Source of the DNA: a virus
Lineage: Duplodnaviria; Caudoviricetes
Length of the DNA stretch: 64,000 nt
Virus record (IMG/VR): IMGVR_UViG_3300020048_000002
Strand: one strand, 5' to 3'
Part shown: positions 61,301-64,000 of the stretch, piece after piece
Layout: the number at the start of each line of letters is the position of its first letter
Numbering within the stretch: position 1 is the first letter of the stretch
Notes under the pieces: generated by a model
What the model was told of the DNA's origin: nothing
The model's input: the letters and a program-made list of their open reading frames with translations, nothing else
Databases searched by the model: none
Position numbers and translations under genes: made by a program

Positions 61301-62579
61301 ACTCACCGAGGTACATCTTGTCGTCGTTGAGTACGCCGACAATCTGAGCGTCGTCGAAGGGCGTTGCACCCGCACTCGTCGAACCGGCAGCCACCGTGTA
61401 GCTCGACCCCCAGTGGATGATGCTGGTGTCCGCCGTCGGGTTGCTGACTACGAAGTCCGTGTTCGCGATGTAGTCCGAACGATCCGGAGCGATACCACAC
61501 TGAACGACCTGCGTGATCAACGTGTTCGGCAGGTAGTCGAACGTGTCTTGCCAGGTGTTGGCGAAGTAGTTGACCGTGACGAGCGACCCGGGGGCCGGGG
61601 GGAGGGGAAGGGTGATCGTGCCGTTCTGGCCGTCGACCGAGCTGGCCAACACCTGCACGCTGTTCACCTTCACGACCACCTTCGAGGGGTCCGTCGTGGT
61701 GAGGCCAGAGCCCGAACCGTCCGTGATGGGGCGGTTGAACACCTTGAAGACCTTGTTACGTCCCGTCGACTGGAAGTTCGACCAGCCGAGCGGTCCGTTG
61801 GCCGAACCGTCGAGGACCTGGAACTCCTGCGAAGCGAGGAACTGGAGGTGCTCCTTACCTTCGTTGTCGATGAAGACCGCCGTCGAGAAGTTCGAGATCC
61901 CGAGGATGTCGATCTGGGCCTTGAGGGTTGCGGCAGAAACCGAACCGGCCGAGAACACCACCGTGTAGCTCGTTCCGTTGACGCTGAACTTGAACGTGTC
62001 GTTCAGGCCCAACGTAATGGCAAACGGACCCGTAGCAGGGCTCGTGAGAATCGCCTGGTCCTCCGTGACCTGATCCGACAGCTCGTCGAGGAACGCCGTG
62101 TCCCCACGGTGGAAGTAGTACGAGCACCGCACGACGTCGGTCGGCTGCGTCGGGATCTGGAGAGTCACGAGACCACGCTGGCCGTTGACCACCGCGACAG
62201 TCGTCGGGATGCCATTCACCGTGACCGTGACCGTACGGGCATCGTTCGTTACCCGACCAAGGCCCTGACCGTCGACGATGGGGTAGTTACGAACTCGGAA
62301 CTGCGTCCGAGTACCATCCTGCGCCCCAAGGACAAGGCTGTTGGGGTTGGTCGAATCAACGACCCAAGCCAGCGTAACGTCCTCGTTGTTGATGCGCTGA
62401 TCAGCCGTTGCCGACGATCCGCGAACGAGAGCCACGTTGTCCTGGTTCAGCTCTTCCTGCCCCGTGCCGATGATGACGGGAAGGCGGAGTCCAGCGACAA
62501 GCTGTGCGACGTTGGACTCCGTAAGGGTCCGCGTGTAAATGCCGGGCGGGACGTAGGTAACAAAAGGTCCGAGAGCCAT
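58308..62579 (-). CDS. Contractile tail sheath protein (1423 aa)
   Basis: N-terminal YVPPGIYT...PVIIG and C-terminal VRVRQGLTT...YQPVFPLLYIVLTF. Confidence 0.88.
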   Translation of the reverse strand: MALGPFVTYVPPGIYTRTLTESNVAQLVAGLRLPVIIGTGQEELNQDNVALVRGSSATADQRINNEDVTLAWVVDSTNPNSLVLGAQDGTRTQFRVRNYPIVDGQGLGRVTNDARTVTVTVNGIPTTVAVVNGQRGLVTLQIPTQPTDVVRCSYYFHRGDTAFLDELSDQVTEDQAILTSPATGPFAITLGLNDTFKFSVNGTSYTVVFSAGSVSAATLKAQIDILGISNFSTAVFIDNEGKEHLQFLASQEFQVLDGSANGPLGWSNFQSTGRNKVFKVFNRPITDGSGSGLTTTDPSKVVVKVNSVQVLASSVDGQNGTITLPLPPAPGSLVTVNYFANTWQDTFDYLPNTLITQVVQCGIAPDRSDYIANTDFVVSNPTADTSIIHWGSSYTVAAGSTSAGATPFDDAQIVGVLNDDKMYLGECERVVDSTTIPATVSTTDFLLPEIPTMGNGRNTPLGITDYNLVTNGRQDLTTNRPDLVEVYVGRSFYDALQRGAAMVTTVDGATRRISLKDPVPPDYQAYATFYYSRLQDDTFTFTNKVAGAVGVGQYQVTSALSNSNLYQTRFGTKVGLPETVQWPRGAEQVPDAFHTGAGTAVSETVTITFDQSDPTNAEYVIKGAEPYSFYTPFSATWVTKLNGVNYTSNLAAATKGFLVGGAVTPIQSGPDLGKVSILSGSEDLNLEIDGVSIAVTLTTGNQTPAFIVGEINAAIDADPAFSGTAPNSLCSRVQVGGPGTGDIHFIVKSYSTPGALPGGFDAVSKVYVAQGTAESTLGFTTFSSALGSPNSVNKPATLLGEIAGPFAITTGVNDTFKVRVDGVDYTATLPAGAAVATAAVAAAINLVLAGLASAGTLSNLDKLRLMSPTNVDTSALVILDGNANATLGFVQNQAASQIRVSAQEVANTLNSTAGFLTAGVAFPTSIQGRTYLGIISLATGLTTSSIGFVASANSAFNLTTGVNITVGTDGDVGEDAEDIFTVSSNNPAGSSGTGIPGQTYTDTGTGLRFTILPSSTGSYTIGGSFTMNVSPTFLVNPAIPFYSVPGMELTVSNTVGVAPEDTANLQTFAPTGIEPANGDPYYISYKYLKQDYTTRIFRQLKTIEANFGRTSAENRVTLAAYLAILNGALFVGIKQVLKAANSNQAPDSNFIAALNELTTPLPGNIKPDLIIPLATSTAVYAQLVQHCETQSLIQNQAERMGFIGFAPNTTPSAAATIASSLNSNRIVAFYPDVAIVTLTDQLGQSFESVVDGSFFAAAMAGAVVSPSVDVATPYTRRQIQGFTRIPRILDPVEANQTAVKGVTLLEDLDPIVRVRQGLTTKMDSILTRLPTVTQISDHVQQQSRFTLDRFVGTKFLAGRVQEVNLTMTSLFKQLVSAEIVAAFTGISSAVDPNDPTVLRFEAYYQPVFPLLYIVLTFNVRAQL

Positions 62580-62725
62580 TAGAAATCTCCTCAGCGGGGT
62601 TAGTGGGAATCTTCATCCCATCTGGGTCGTGCATCGAGACGCTACGTTTTGTGGTCTGATCCGCATCTACATCTCGTGAGCCCCGCATGAGGCTGAACTC
62701 TACAGTGGACGCCGCCAACGGAAGA

Positions 62726-63175
62726 TTATCGACCGCGACGATTTTCCTGAGCCGTTTTACTTATCTCGACGGCACGCTTCGCGATTTGCTTGCGTTTATC
62801 GAAATCCTGCTTCGACAACGGCTCGTAGGTAACGAAGTCCTTGCCCTGCTTTCGCGTCAGGGCATGGCTTCCCGTCGCTTCTCGGATGGCTTTCTTTCCC
62901 TTTTCCTTCGCGTCGTACTGAGCCCAGCGTAGATCCGCGTCCTTGCCTACGATTCGGTCAGCCGTAGGGTAGTCGTCCTTGTGGACTCCGGTGTTCCCTG
63001 GGGCAGCCTCTTTTGGTTGCGCAAAGGCGAACGCAAATCCCTCTTGGTCCAGCACTCGGGGTGCCGTGGACTCACAGTTGGGGCACTTGTGCGTCGGATG
63101 GTCTCCGATTTTGAGGGTGCGCTCGAACCGGAGAGAGCACCCCTCCTCCTGGCACTCAAACACGTACTTCGGCAT
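62726..63175 (-). CDS. FmdB-family zinc-ribbon protein
   Basis: MPKYVFEC..C...FE...CPNC. Confidence 0.8.
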   Translation of the reverse strand: MPKYVFECQEEGCSLRFERTLKIGDHPTHKCPNCESTAPRVLDQEGFAFAFAQPKEAAPGNTGVHKDDYPTADRIVGKDADLRWAQYDAKEKGKKAIREATGSHALTRKQGKDFVTYEPLSKQDFDKRKQIAKRAVEISKTAQENRRGR

Positions 63176-63184
63176 ATTTTGATC

Positions 63185-64000
63185 CTATATGATTCGTTCG
63201 TAGTCGCTGTTCCGGTTGGGGATCACCGGGTTTGTCGCGAAGAAGAGCTTCGACAGGACCGGCTGAATACCCGCCGTCGTCTCCGTTGCCTCCTGTACTA
63301 CCTTGGAGAACGTGAGCGGCAACGGGATATGGATCTCCCAGTCCGCTCGAAGCTGCAAACCGATCGAGGCGTTGTAGTAGTAGTTGTCCCCCGTCTCGTC
63401 GTAGACTTCTTCGGCCTCCCCGCCCATGGATATGTCTACGATTTCAATACCTTCGGTCTCTAGGAAGGGTTTGCGTTCCCCCCAAAGGTACATGACGACG
63501 AGATCGGCAATCTCCTCCATTTGGATGGGGTCCTGAGCGATGACGTCGAAGTCGAAGCTCACCTCGAACTTTCCACCGTACGCCTTTGCGGCCTCTACCC
63601 GATCCTCGTAGATGACCACGGCCACCTTGTCCCCCGTCTTGGCTCGCTTGCCAAAAGCCATGATGACGCCAGGAAGGGTCGTGTGGTCCGACTGGTTCCA
63701 GTAAAAGTCGATCGGCCCGATGCTGGGCACAGCGTAACGGTAGTCTGCCGTTAGGGTCGAAGAAGGCGCTACACGAACGGTCAAGGCCAAAGCCCCCGTC
63801 TTGTAGTTGACCGTGTAGTCTGTGCCCTCTTTGAGCAACGTGTTCTTGTTGACCCAGAGGCGAACCGTCCCTTGGACAGGGATGTTCTGAAGCTGCGCCT
63901 CACGTTCAATCCCAGACTCAAACCGCAAGACGGCTTCATCCGTGACCGTCAACAAGGGGTCCACGATGAACTGCCCTGGTTGTTGCGGGTTTTCAGGGGC
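63185..64000 (-). CDS. Putative tail/neck structural protein, 5' end outside the window
   Basis: Frame is open to base 64000; LKEGTDYTVNYKTG motif; upstream of the sheath gene. Confidence 0.6.
   Translation of the reverse strand, partial: APENPQQPGQFIVDPLLTVTDEAVLRFESGIEREAQLQNIPVQGTVRLWVNKNTLLKEGTDYTVNYKTGALALTVRVAPSSTLTADYRYAVPSIGPIDFYWNQSDHTTLPGVIMAFGKRAKTGDKVAVVIYEDRVEAAKAYGGKFEVSFDFDVIAQDPIQMEEIADLVVMYLWGERKPFLETEGIEIVDISMGGEAEEVYDETGDNYYYNASIGLQLRADWEIHIPLPLTFSKVVQEATETTAGIQPVLSKLFFATNPVIPNRNSDYERII

Overview
This is a 64-kb segment of a GC-rich, very large (jumbo-type) tailed phage with a contractile tail. From 1 to 40.9 kb nearly everything is on the minus strand. That arm starts with a head/packaging block: an intein-containing portal, terminase large subunit and probable virion proteins. 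It continues with a bacterial-style replication and recombination block: DnaX with intein, HolA, HolB, a beta clamp-like protein, primase, RecA, RuvC, Mre11, a Rad50 split into two genes, RecD2, LigA and a class II RNR with intein. A repeat- and hairpin-rich non-coding strand-switch region lies at about 40.95-41.43 kb. A mixed-strand accessory region follows, with dcd, a J-domain protein, a DenV-like glycosylase, GroEL, ClpP, tRNA-Gln, an MT-A70 methylase and two divergent sigma-like genes. The window ends in a tail block with a 1423-aa sheath. The most interesting signal is an apparently self-contained transcription-control system. It includes a NusG fused to a 5'-3' nuclease and coupled to a double sigma-region-4 protein, and two atypical sigma factors. 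It also includes two sharply positioned promoter-like motifs (GTTGATTTTG-N10-AGTCGTACTA, and GGTGTA 10-11 nt before start codons) and several leader hairpins that occlude ribosome-binding sites. All calls come from reading motifs by eye; no database searches were run.
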